Source: Octopus sinensis
Taxonomy: Eukaryota
Length of the DNA stretch: 64,000 bases
NCBI RefSeq assembly: GCF_006345805.1
Contig: NC_043007.1
Span: 53,258,001 to 53,322,000 of the forward strand
Direction: 5' to 3'
Shown: in pieces, positions 36,540-49,711 of the stretch
How the letters are laid out: each line of letters opens with the position of its first letter
Position numbering within the stretch: position 1 is the first letter of the stretch
Program-made: the position numbers and the translations under genes
Notes under the pieces: generated by a model
Database searches by the model: none
Told to the model about the DNA's origin: nothing
What the model saw: only the letters and a program-made list of their open reading frames with translations

Positions 36540-38440
36540 CTTTTACTCTTTTACTTGTTTCAGCCATCCGGCTGAGGCCATGCTGGGGCACCGCCCTTGT
36601 TGCTACCCTCTCTAAGTCCAGTTCGCCGTGGCTGGCCACTGATCTAAGAGAGAGTTTGTAGCTGCTGCCCTTAGGTTACCTTCGTACCTTGCAGTGGGTT
36701 CATCTGGGATCCCGGAAAGCAGCTTGTCTAGATGTTTTTTGAAAATGTCCACATCCGCATCATGTAGATCTCTTAGTTTTCTTGGCAGTGTTGAACAGCT
36801 GAGGGCCCCTAACCCCAGGCTATTACAGTATCTGCTCCTTACCCTGTGGATGTGGAGACGGGACCTTTGGCACCACACAGTGACGTCCTGTACGGGGATT
36901 GGAACAGCTCTCAATTCAAAATTTGGTGCTAGTCCCTCCAGGATTTCCATATGTATATCACTGCATATCTCTCTAGTCTTCGTTCCATGGAGTACAAATT
37001 GAGTTCCCTAAGCCTCTCCCAATAGTTCTTTTCTTTCATGGTGGAAATCCTCTTGGTGAAATGTCTTTGGATTGTCTCAAGCTCTGTGGTTAGTTTGACA
37101 CTATGCGGTGACCACAGTTGGGAGCAGTAGTCCAGGCGGCTTAGGACAAATGTCCTCCATAGTGTCAACATGGTCTCGCAGTCTCTTGTCCGGAATGTCC
37201 TCAGGATCCAGCCAGTGAGTCGTCTGCACATTGTCGCCACCTTTGTGATGTGTGAAGAAAAAGATGCATCGTCACTCATGTCTATCCCCAGGTCCCGTAT
37301 TGATTTCGATACTGGGATTTCGATCCCTCCTGGACCAGTATAGTTGTGTTGTGTAATGTATATGTGTTTACAGCTTGATATTGTAAGGCTTGAATGAAAT
37401 TTACCAGCATTAAATTGCATGTTGTTGTCTTCAGCCCATTTGTATATGGCATCCAGATCTTGTTGTAAAAGGTCAGCATCAGCTGGGTTTTTGATTGTCT
37501 GTGCTACCTTTGTGTCATCAGCATAGCTAGTGAGGGATGTTGTTTGTGCTACCAAGGGCATGTCAGAGAGCGCCACCAAAAACAGCAAGGGTCCCAAGAC
37601 TGTGCCCTGTGGCACCCCGCTTGCTATTGGTGTCTTTCCCGAGAGGGCTCCATTGGCTGCAACCATCTGGCTTCTGTCCTTCAGGAAGTCATGTATCCAC
37701 TCACCTACTTTCCTGTTTATGCCGAGTCTATAATTTGTGACCTATCACTCCATGGTCGACTTTGTCAAAGGCATTCGCAAAGTCGAGATATACCACATCC
37801 ACCTGTGAGCGATCCAGTAGTTGTTTCAATACCCAGTCGTTGTGTTGTAACAGCTGCGTAAGGCAGCTTCTTCCTGGGCGAAAGCCATGCTGTGTGTCAG
37901 TGAGACGGTTAGTTTCTTCGAGGAACGTGATCAGTTTTTTTCTGATGATTCGTTCCATGACCTTACTTATGTGTGACGTCAGGGAGAGTGGCCTGTAGTT
38001 TTTGGCCTCTGCTCTACTCCCTCCTTTGTGGATAGGGCATATGGTGCCTTCTTTTAGCGCCCTGGGCAGTTTACCGTTAGCCAAGGAACCACTGAAGAGT
38101 TACTTCAGTGGTCCCGCTAGGGCATGCCTGCATGTTTTCAGGAGGACTGCTGAGAATCCATCTGGTCCAGCAGCTGAGTTTATTCTCATTTCTTCTGTGG
38201 CAGATATTACATCCCTCTCTGTTATGTCTATGTGGTCGATGGTTGTTGTTTGGTTTTGGAGTGTTGTGGCATCAAAGAAAACTTCTGGGTTTGTGATTTG
38301 CATGTGCCCCAGAGGGGATGTGAACACACTTTTATACTGTTCCTTTAGTATTCACTTATCCCTTGGGGGTCCTCAGTTAGAGAGCCTTTTTATCAAAAGT
38401 GGGCCAATCTTGCAGTGTACCGAGGTGGTTCTTTCGCAAA
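36540..38440 (-). mobile_element. CR1-type LINE, 5'-truncated, decayed
   Basis: [61 protein letters not shown]; tail (gtaaaaga)n. Confidence 0.93.
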
Positions 38441-38444
38441 TTTG

Positions 38445-38532
38445 TATGTATATATATATGTATATATATATATATGTATATATATGTATATGTATATATA
38501 TATATGTGTATATATATATATGTATATATATG

Positions 38533-38565
<33 letters not shown>

Positions 38566-38756
38566 GTATGTATATATATATGTATGTATATATGTATGTA
38601 TATATATATGTATAATATATATGTATGTATATATATATGTATGTATATATATATGTGTATGTATATATATATGTATATATGTATTATATATATGTATGTA
38701 TATATATATATATATGTGTATATATATTGTATGTATATATTATGTATGTATATATT

Positions 38757-38792
<36 letters not shown>

Positions 38793-39191
38793 GTATATAT
38801 ATGTATGTATATGTATATATATGGATGTATATATATGTATATATAATATGTGTGTGTATATATATATATGTGTGTATATATATATATGTATATATATATA
38901 TGTGTGTATATATATATATGTATGTATATATATATATATGTTGGTATATATATATATGTATATATATATGTTTATTATATGTATGTATATATATATATGT
39001 ATATATATATATATGTTTATATATATGTATGTATATATGTATAATATATATATATATGTATGTAATATATATTTGTATGTATATATATATATATATGTAT
39101 GTATATATATAATGTATGTATATATATATGTATGTTATGATATATATATATGTATGTATATATATATATATGTATGTATGTATGTATATAT

Positions 39192-39223
<32 letters not shown>

Positions 39224-39318
39224 TGTATATATATGTATATGTATATATATATATATGTATATATATGTATGTATGTATAATATATGTATTATATATATAT
39301 GTATGTATTATATATATG

Positions 39319-39368
<50 letters not shown>

Positions 39369-39434
39369 TAATGTATAATATATATATATATATAGTATGT
39401 ATATATTATATATATATATTATATGTATATATTG

Positions 39435-39467
<33 letters not shown>

Positions 39468-40951
39468 GTATAATATTATATATATATGTATATATATATA
39501 TATGTATGTATTATAATATATATATATATATATATTATGTATGTATATATATATATAATATATATATATATATAGTATATATGTATATATAATATAGTAT
39601 GTATATATTATATATATATATGTATGTATATATATATGTATGTATGTATATATATATATGTATGTATATATATATGTATGTGTATATATATATGTATGTA
39701 TGTATTATATATATATATGTATATTATATATATATTATGTATATATATATGTATGTATGTATATATATATGTATGTATGTATATATATATGTATGTATGT
39801 TATATATATGTATGTATGTATATAATATGTATGTATGTATATATATAGTATGTATATATATATGTATATATATATATATATGTATGTATATATATATATT
39901 ATATATATATATATATATGTATGTATATATATATTATATGTATGTATATATATATATATTTGTATGTATATATATATATATTTGTATGTATATATATATA
40001 TATGTATGTATATATATATATATGTATGTATATATGTATATATATGTATGTATATATATATATATATATGTATGTATATATGTATATATATGTATGTATA
40101 TATATATATATATATGTATATATATGTATATATATGTATGTATATATATATATATATGTATGTATATATGTATATATGTATGTATATATATGTATATATA
40201 TGTATGTATATATGTATATATATGTATGTATATATATGTATATATATGTATGTATATATGTATGTATATATGTATATATATGTATGTATATGTAATATAT
40301 ATGTATGTATATGTATATATAATGTATGTATATATATATGTATGTATATATGTATGTATATATATATGTATATGTATATTATATGTATGTATATGTATAT
40401 ATATGTATGTATATGTATATATATGTATATGTATATATATGTAATATATATATGTGTGTGTATATATATATATGTGTGTATATATATATATGTATATATA
40501 TATATGTGTGTATATATATAATATGTATGTATATATATATATATGTGTGTATATATATATATGTATATATATATATGTTTATATTATGTATGTATATATA
40601 TATATGTATATATATATATATGTTTATATATATGTATGTATATATTATAATATATATATATGGTATGTAATATATATTTGTATGTATATTATATATATGT
40701 ATGTATATATATATATGTATGTATATATATATATGTATGTTATATAGATATATGTATGTATATATATATATATGTATGTATGTATGTATATATATGTTGT
40801 ATGTATATATATGTATGTATATATATATGTATATATATGTATATGTTATATATTATATGTATATATGTATGTATGTATATATATGGTATGTATATATATG
40901 TATGTATGTATTCTATATGATATATATATATATACATATAATATATATATG

Positions 40952-41030
<79 letters not shown>

Positions 41031-41070
41031 TAATATATATATATATATATTATAGATATATATGTTATTA

Positions 41071-41113
<43 letters not shown>

Positions 41114-41465
41114 TGTATATAAATATTATAATATATATATATATATATGTATGTATATATATATATCTATATATATATATATATATGTATATATATGTAT
41201 TAATATATGTATGTATATATATATATATTATATGTATGTATATATATATGTATGTATGTATATATTATATGTATGTATATATATATTTGTGTATATATAT
41301 ATGTATGTATATATATATAATTATATATGTATGTATATATTATATATGTATATATATATGTATGTATGTATATATATATGTATGTATGTATATATATATC
41401 TGTAGTATGTATATATATATGTATGTATGTATATATATATGTATATATATATATATATATGTATG

Positions 41466-41496
<31 letters not shown>

Positions 41497-41501
41497 GTAT
41501 G

Positions 41502-41534
<33 letters not shown>

Positions 41535-42034
41535 GTATGTATTATAATATATATATTTTGATATATATATAATTTGTATGTATATATATATATATATGTA
41601 TGTATATATATATATATATGTATGTATATATATATATATGTATGTATATATGTATATATATGTATGTATATATATATATATATATGTATGTATATATGTA
41701 TATATATGTATGTATATATATATTATATATGTATGTATATATGTATATATATGTATGTATATATATATATATGTATGTATATATGTATATATATGTATGT
41801 ATATATATGTATAATATGGTATGTATATATTATATATATGTATGTATATATATGTATATATAGTATGTATATAATGTATGTATATATGTATATATATGTA
41901 TGTATATGTATATATATGTATGTATATGTATATATATGTATGTATATATATATAATTATATATATATATAATATATATATATATATAGTTGTATGTATAT
42001 ATATATTATATGTATGTTATATATTATATATATA
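38445..42034. repeat. About 3.6-kb compound (TA)n/(TATG)n microsatellite
   Basis: Direct reading; it generates all the Y/I/M/C/V ORFs in the track. Confidence 0.99.
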
Positions 42035-43990
42035 GGGAAAGTAAGAGAAAAGCAAAAATGCACATTGAATAAGAAAAAAAATAAAGGCCTTTTTATGAAA
42101 AGTAACAATAAATATATACAATTACATGAACTGAGGTAGAATTGAGAGGAAGAAAAGTCATTATTTTGAATTGCTAAAGGGATTGAAAGTCATACCAACA
42201 TTGTCAATTTCTGTTCGCTGGTTTTGAATGCACAATGATTACCAAATGGTGTTAGGTCTACTAGTCCCTGTGTAAAAAGATTATGTGTAAGGGAGGTAAG
42301 TAGTTCTGGGTTTGGTGCAATTAGGGTAGATGTAATACTGTAATATGAGTGGTGTATGGAATGTATGGGAATTAGTGGTATTCAGTGTGAAATTAGTAGT
42401 GTTCTGTATTATGTTATGTGTTCATATTGAGTTGTGGATGATGTTTATTGAAAGTTGCTTCTTTATTCATTCTTTGCTGAACTGAGGTGTTCTATGAACA
42501 TTGATTGATATAAAGGGAAAATTTGGAAGTTAGGATTAAGGTTCCTAGCACACCTTTCTTGTAACTGTCTGTATTGTGGGTAGTGGATTTGTTGTTTGTG
42601 AAGAGTTGATCTTTGACGGAGAGACATTCCTGTTCGGCCACTATAATTATTACCACATCCTAAGCAGGTAATGGCATAGATTAGGTTTTCCAAGGCACAG
42701 GTAAAATTTGATTTTATCTTAAATATTTCACCTTTTTTATAGTGGAACTCTGTATCCTCCAAAAGGTGGCTGCATTTGCCACAATTAGGCTGACTGCATT
42801 TTTTCACTTTTGGTTCCATTGTTAATGGATATAGTCTTGCATTGGTTAATATTTTTTTCGATGATTTCAGTTGCACTTTGCTCTTGATAATTTTGTGTGA
42901 ACCTAAAATTTTGTTCATTGTTTTATTTCCTGTGAGGATGGGTAGATTTTGGATGATAATGTTAAAGGCCTCATTGTTTCTAGGGTTGTGTGTGAAAATT
43001 TATGAGAGTATTTTAAAGTCTGGTGTAGTATTTCAGTTGACTTCCCTTAAAGTTCATATGTCTATTTTCTTTGCTCGTTTAATGCCATCATTTATTAATG
43101 ATTTTGGGTAATGTCTCTTGATTAGTATTGATCTGAGTTCATGAGTATTGGTGTCCAAAACTATGGTACAGATTCTTTTCTCTAGATTATAAGGTATATT
43201 AATTTTTATGTGTTTGGGGTAGCATGAGTTGAATAATAAGTATTGTTTTGAATCTGTGGGTTTATAGATGTCCATTTCAATGTGGTTATTGACTATTTTA
43301 ATTAGGATGTCAAGAAAAGCAAGTTGTTTATTGCTGTATTCCATGGTGAATTGATATTGCTATTGATATTGTTGAGCATTATTTTGAAATCGAGGAATTT
43401 GTCCATGCTATCTTTCCAAAGTATAAAGCAATCATTTAAGTACCTCTTCCAGTTCTCTGTTAAATAGCAATGAAATGAGGTGCCATATTTTTGTAGTGAT
43501 GATTGGTATAGTTTGACTTCTAGGTAACCCATGTTCACAGAACACTTCTGTTCAGCAAAGAATAAATAAAGAAGCAACTTTCATCAATAAACATGATCCA
43601 CAACTCAACATGAACACATAACATAAAACAGAACACTAATAACCTTACCAGTAATACCACTAATTCCCATATATTCCATACAGTATTACATCTACCCTAA
43701 TTGCACCACTCCTAGAACTACTTACCTCCCTTGCATATAATCTTTTACTTGGGGACTAGTAGACCTAACACCATTTGGTAATTGGTGTGCATTCAAAGCC
43801 AGTGAACAGCAATTGACAATACCAGTTATGACTTTGAATTCCTTTAACAATTCAAAATAATGACTTTTATTCCTCTCAATTCTACCTCAGTTCATGTAAT
43901 TGCATATATTTATCGTTACTTTTCTTAAAAAGCCTTTATTTTTTTCTTATTCAATGTCCATTTTCGCTTTTTTCTTCTTACTTTCCCCAT
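42035..43990 (-). mobile_element. Neptune-type PLE, 5'-truncated, bracketed by about 460-bp inverted repeats
   Basis: RT MGYLE...WKRYLNDCF...FLDI; linker CSQPNCGKC; GIY-YIG NLIYAITCLGC...YSGRT...HKQQI. Arms 42035-42501 and 43531-43988. Confidence 0.92.
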
Positions 43991-44142
43991 ATATCTACCA
44001 TGTGTAGTTTATTTTCTCTTTGAAACCTATTTCTGTTATATATATAGGTTGAAAATATGTAGAAAACATATAAAAAGTGGAAGAGAAATGCCTTCGTTTC
44101 ACATAGTTTAATATCTTTTTATAAAGAAATTTTTTTTTAAAT

Positions 44143-44310
44143 ATCATCATCATCATCATCATTTAGCGTCCGCTTTCCATGCTAGCATGGGTTGGACGGT
44201 TCAACTGGGGTCTGGGAAACCAGAAGGCTGCACCAGGCCCAGTCTGATCTGGCAATGTTTCTACGGCTGGATGCCCTTCCTAACGCCAACCACTCTGTGA
44301 GTGTAGTGGG
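44143..44310 (-). mobile_element. RTE family A 3' tail only
   Basis: (CAT)n-ttagcgtccgctttccatgctagcatgggttgg...ggatgcccttcctaacgcc. Confidence 0.85.
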
Positions 44311-44311
44311 T

Positions 44312-44900
44312 GCTTTTTACGTAAGGCGATTGAATCTTTGCATTGATATAATGGAAAGATAAGGAAATTCGGCGTTTTATTTTTTGCGCATCTGTCGATA
44401 TGTTTGCTCAGGGCTATCTGCCTGTATTGAAGAATATGAATCTGTTCTTTATGCAGCATGACTCTGCATCTCAAAGTGCATCTCAAAGTAAGGCTCATCT
44501 GGCCCACATAATTGTAGCCACAACTTGAGCAGGTTAAGACATAGATAAGATTCTGGGAAGTACATGTGAAGTTGGTCTTAATTGACAATTTTTCTCCTTG
44601 CTGGAATGTGAATTCCGAGCCTTCAGTTAGCTATGAACATATACCACAATTAGGTCACCTGCATTTTTTAACTGTTTGTATTGTATGTATTGAGTATAGT
44701 TTTGCATTTTTAGGAGTCTCTTGAGTGATTTGTGTTGTCTTTTGCATTTGAGGAGTTTATGTGTATTTAGGATGTTGTTCATTTTTGAGTCTTGAGTGAG
44801 CAGAGGGAGATTTTGTATAATTGTATTGTATGCTTCATTGTTTCTGGGGTTGTGGGTTGATATGTATGGGAGTGATTTAAAGTGAGGTGTGGTGTTTTGT
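44312..44900 (-). mobile_element. Second Neptune-type PLE fragment (linker + GIY-YIG)
   Basis: NFTCTSQNLIYVLTCSSCGYNYVGQ...HKEQI...LIFPLYQ; paralogous to 42463-42918. Confidence 0.85.
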
Positions 44901-45789
44901 TTTTTCTCCTTAGTGTTTTTGTGTCCATTATTGTTGAGACAACTGAGGGCATTTGAGTCTCACATAGCAGTAGTCGAAGCATATCATGTGAATACATTGC
45001 TTTACTTTTGCTTCGTTAAATCATATATCCAAACGCAAGAAAAAGAAAAATTGTGTGCAATGAATAATACTACCTTAAAAGTCAGGCAACAATTAAGATA
45101 CTCAAGACTAAAAAAGAAAAATGTGTTGATAGTAGGACTGCACAGCACAAGGTATGTACAACAATCCTGGTATGATCTTCATAACGCTTTGATTGATCTT
45201 CTTTTCTGAAGGTCTGAGCAGAGTAGGCAGTTGTCAGAAAATTCACAGGTCTTTTGTCATACCTGGAAAGAAAAAAAAAAAAGGAAAGAAATTCCACTTT
45301 CTCACAGCAGTCGAAATCTCAAAAGGGATGATGTAATGAGAGTTGCAACATCTCCTTATGAGAGATAGACGGGTCTGAGTAAAGCATAAATAGTAACGAC
45401 CCGAGTGAGTTCAGAGTTGAGTGGAGTTTGAGTTCTCAGTGAAGTCGGAAGGTGTCGGTTGGTTAGTTCACAAAGAATATTGATTGTTGGTTCATAAAGA
45501 GGTTTGTTAGTTCATTACATTGTTTTTACTGTTGTCTGGTTATCTTATTTATTGTACGTAACAAATTACAAGAATTTAAAAAGTTGTTTCTTGCATCTTT
45601 CTATTTCTACATTGCTACTTTTTGTATAGTGAACAATGCATCATCTCTATATAATCCTACCTCCCCCATGTTCGGTTGCCAAGATTCTATTTGCAATAAT
45701 AGGTACATACTAAATCTGTGACTTGTGTGTAGTCACTGGACCCCATTGTTATGTCAAATGAGCCAACCCTGTCCAATCAACTCCATAGC

Positions 45790-46130
45790 TTACCTCCTTA
45801 TTCTATTATAGTGCTCCTAGCAGCAAAAATTATATATATTTCTTCTCAGTTGGTCTTAGTGAATATTAGCGCCTTGTTTAGTAGAACTGGGTTTATGGAC
45901 TGGTAGTAGTTTGATATGTTTAGCTGCACATGTTTGGTCTTGTTTTTTTCCCCAGCCTTTTAAACCATGTGATAACTTCATTTGTGTTAGACCATAATCT
46001 GAGGTTGTTTACACATTTTAATTTAGGTATCATCCCATTTATTATTGCTTTGCTAATTTTACCTATATCTGACTTAGATGGTCTTACTGTTTGATATTGG
46101 TATTTCAGGGACAACAATTACTTGGAAAAT
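45790..46130 (-). mobile_element. PLE RT fragment (same type as 1720-4590)
   Basis: PSKSDIGKISKAII...LWSNTNEVITWF, resembling the NPxKSEIGKISK...W.NT..VI.WF motif. Confidence 0.65.
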
Positions 46131-46239
46131 TCCACATGGTGAATGCAGTCAATTTCCTGTTCACCATGTTTTGACATCAAAAAATAAATAAAACAAAAAC
46201 AAAAAGCACAGATTTGTTAATATACTTACAACATACCTT

Positions 46240-48177
46240 GATCACTTTTTATGGAGTTCTTGAGTGCAGTCTACTTTGTACTCTCTCAGACTGTGGAAGC
46301 AGGGGTATGGGCAGAGTGCCACATTACATTTCCTGCAAGCAAACTTGATTTGGTGATCTTTTTCTCTCTGTTTAAACAAGCAACACAATCTGGGCAAGAT
46401 GGCCTGCCAGATTTTAGGTGCTTGGGGTTAATAATAAGGTGTTCTGTTAACACCAGTTTCTCTGGGTAAGGGGATTCTGATTTTTCCCTCTCCCGTGAGA
46501 TGCACCTGACTGGTAGCCTTCCAGCAGAGAATGTACAATTTTGAGCCTGAACTTTTCAGCATTGACCTGGTGAACTGACTTGGCTTTCCAGATGACAAGG
46601 GCATTACAGAAACATATTTCAAAGACGTAGAAGAAAACTTTCTTCTTCCACTTGGTACATCTGCTTGTCTGCACTATCATCCCCATGTGTTGATAGTAGG
46701 ACCACACAGCACAAGGTATGTACAACAATCCGGTATGATCTTCATGATGCTTTGATCAATCTTCTTTTCTGAAGGTCTGAGCAGAGTAGGCAGTTGTCAG
46801 AAGATAAACAGGTCTTTTGTCATACCTGGAAATGTACAAAATGTGTCCATCTCTGTATGATGGAGTAGTGCCTGCTTGGAGTCTTGTTGCTTTGATTTCA
46901 TAAGGCATACTTGACAGTTTACACATAGTGTGGCACATGCCCCTGTTCCATTTTGCACTAGATCCTGGAACAATGTAGATGATGAAATTAAATTGTCCAT
47001 ATAAATGACATGGCCCTTATTTTGTACATTCTCTGTCAGGGAGGAAACCACTTTATGGTCCAACACCAACTGCTCTTGGTACCTGGGTTGTTTCTGAGCC
47101 CAAGTACAGCTGCCAGTTGTACATGTACCTGGTTTTTGCATCAGCCATCCCCCAGCTTTCAGGTTCCACTTGGTTGATTTTGTTGGCATGTAGATCAGTA
47201 GACATGTTCTTCCTTTGAAAGAAATCATACTTTCATCCACTGAATATTCCTTTCCACAGTAAAAGTATTTTTGCCGAAGTGGCACAAGCTTTTCAAAAAG
47301 TGGTTGGATTTTGTGAGCCCTATCATGCTCAGGATGATTCTTTGGTTTCGCTTTGGAGTTGCTCAAAGGATGGAAAAAGGACAAGATTCTCAGAAATCTG
47401 TCTCTTGTCATGATGTACCTGAAGCTGTCATCTCAATAAAGTCATCAGTTGACCAATATAATTCAAATGATGAGCATTTATTTGGTGAACCCAATCATAA
47501 GTAAAATTGTGACAAATATCTTCATTTCTTCAGAAGTGGTGTTCTTCCATATGTTGATATATAAGTAGGCACCAGCATTTCCCCTCTCTTTTCCTTCACA
47601 TGACTAGCATACATAGTTCTTGTTAACAAAATTATAATTTCATCATTAAGAAAGTAAGGAAAGAGTTGTCCCTCAGAAATGCCATCAGGTACCTACTTGG
47701 GGCCTGTATTTTCCTTAAAATGAACCAACTATAGATGATAGTATCCACTTAGTACATCATTTTCAATATCATTGTAAATACATTCTATATCCTCATCATC
47801 ACCTCGAATCATTTCACCATTGATATCTGAGTAAATCTTTCAAAATTGCCATCTGAGTCAGAATCAAAGATTTCTTGTAGAAAAGCTTCATCAAATGCAA
47901 GAGTGGCAGTTTTCGTTTGGTAAAAATAAAAAAATCAGTAATTGATTTCAAAGCTTGTGTATCTTGTGGCAAGAATATAAACAATGAAAATGGTGTCCTA
48001 AAATGGAAGTTTAAGCCTCATTCTGAATCAAAAGTACACTGTTTCCAGCTTAAAGTACCGGAAATAGAATTTACAGAGTGTTTATTTTAAGCATCCCTCT
48101 CAAGGCAACAAAATGTGCCTGCAACTACAGGGGAGAAAATTTGTGGATGACAAATTGTGACAGCAACATGGAGAAGG
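46240..48177 (-). mobile_element. piggyBac-like transposon, decayed, one terminus visible
   Basis: TTAA (48178-48181) | CCTT terminus; acidic N-terminus DSDSDG; RDRF, SVDESMISFKGR, YMPTK, YMDN, DKRPV and YYQHMG motifs; C-terminal CVAC...CRKC.V.LC...CF domain. Confidence 0.88.
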
Positions 48178-48974
48178 TTAATATATACAATGTATAGATT
48201 TAGGACAGTTAGATAACATGATTTTTGTCCTTAGTAACTGTTATTTCCTATTTACTTACTTCTAGAAAGTATGAAGAATGGCTAATATTTCCTTCAAACT
48301 TTGCTTTAGTTATATTTATTCAAACCCCAAAGACTCCCTCTCAACACATGGCCATGATGCTTCCCCACAACTCTTGCTCATGATCAGAGATGCACATATT
48401 GTCAGTTACATCCTCAAGTGGTTACAGCCAAGTAACTGACAAGCAAATCTATGATATTGAGTAGAATATATGTTATAATGATATTTCTGCTTCAACAATT
48501 CCATGTTCAGTTTGTCTGAAATGTAATGAAAAATAGGTCAGTTTCAAGACATTGATGTCCAGGTCACAAAAGTAATGTTTGAAGGGAATAGTAGTTATTT
48601 CCTTTGATTTCTAGACTGAAGCAAACAGGAAACAACACTTATTGACAAATGACAAAAAATTTTAAAAATTTGTTACATATTTGTTACATAATTGATTGAT
48701 TAATTGAGACAAAAAGCTGAAAGTTTAGGCTACAAACATTGTAAATGTTGTTTTTAGTTTACAAAACATTGTCTAGGTACTAAACAAAGCCCTTAATCTA
48801 AATTACTTAAAACTTTGCACTTCAAACACTTGCACACTGTTCATTTATCTATGTATGTGATTGTTTTTGTTCACCATTTACGTATATGTATAATTTTTTC
48901 GTATGTTTCTTGCTGTTCTTATACAGTAGATTATTATATCAATGGCTTTCATATTTATGTCTGATTTGTTATAG

Positions 48975-49054
48975 ATGATCTCTATGAAAAGTATGTTTTT
49001 CTGGAGAAACTTTTCAGCAGAGAGTTTATCTTCCTTCCAGGAAATACTAAACAG
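48975..49054 (+). CDS. GNPAT: GNPAT exon, C-terminal half (80 nt, phase 1-0)
   Basis: ttgttatag| ... CAG|gtagag. Encodes (D)[26 protein letters not shown], matching GNPAT [27 protein letters not shown]. Not in the ORF track. Confidence 0.9.
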
Positions 49055-49711
49055 GTAGAGTGCCTCAGTTTGGTTTTGGCATGGTTTTGTTTTCAACTTG
49101 AACTCTTTTTTTTTTATATATTAAAACTAGTCTTTATTCTTATTAATGTTTGTTAAATGATACTTTTATACACATTATTAAATAGTTTATCATCCATAAC
49201 ATCTGCTACTTTACAATATTCATTAAGGTTATCTGAATTTGTTTTGAAAAAATTTAAGATATATTTTGCCAAACTTTACAGATGTAATAAGAAGGTTGTA
49301 AAGTACTATCACTACTTCTGATAATTATTCAAAACTGAAAATACATTCTAGTGGTTCTTTTCATTTTGTCGATATAACCAAACCTGTTCTTAAATCATTC
49401 CTATGTAATTCTGATGTAACTTATGTGAATACATTTTTAGAATAAAATAAAAAATTTTATTTTATTGCTGGATAAACTATGAAAGAATTGTTAAAAAGCT
49501 TACATTTTCTTTCTTTAACAATGTCTGTATGGATTTACAAATCTACCCAGAGATGAGAATTAAAATGTGAGAACCCAATGCACTGTCATGCTTTAAAATA
49601 TAACATATGTTATAAAGAATACTTTGATAGAATGTTAATGTTTGTCCCTAGGCAATAAGATTTTGAATGATAACAGTTTCTACATTTATCTTAAATCTCC
49701 CAGATCCTAAA

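Noticed and set aside
38002-42035. Many long Y/I/M/C/V-rich ORFs (up to 458 aa), and similar ones at 63, 4806, 10094, 36346 and 58801
   Set aside because: Translations of (TA)n/(TATG)n microsatellites, which lack stop codons in most frames; not genes.
46135-46170. piggyBac second TIR at the acatggtgaa/ttcaccatgt hairpin
   Set aside because: Shares only ccatgtt with the 48177 terminus and has no adjacent TTAA; the left end remains undefined.
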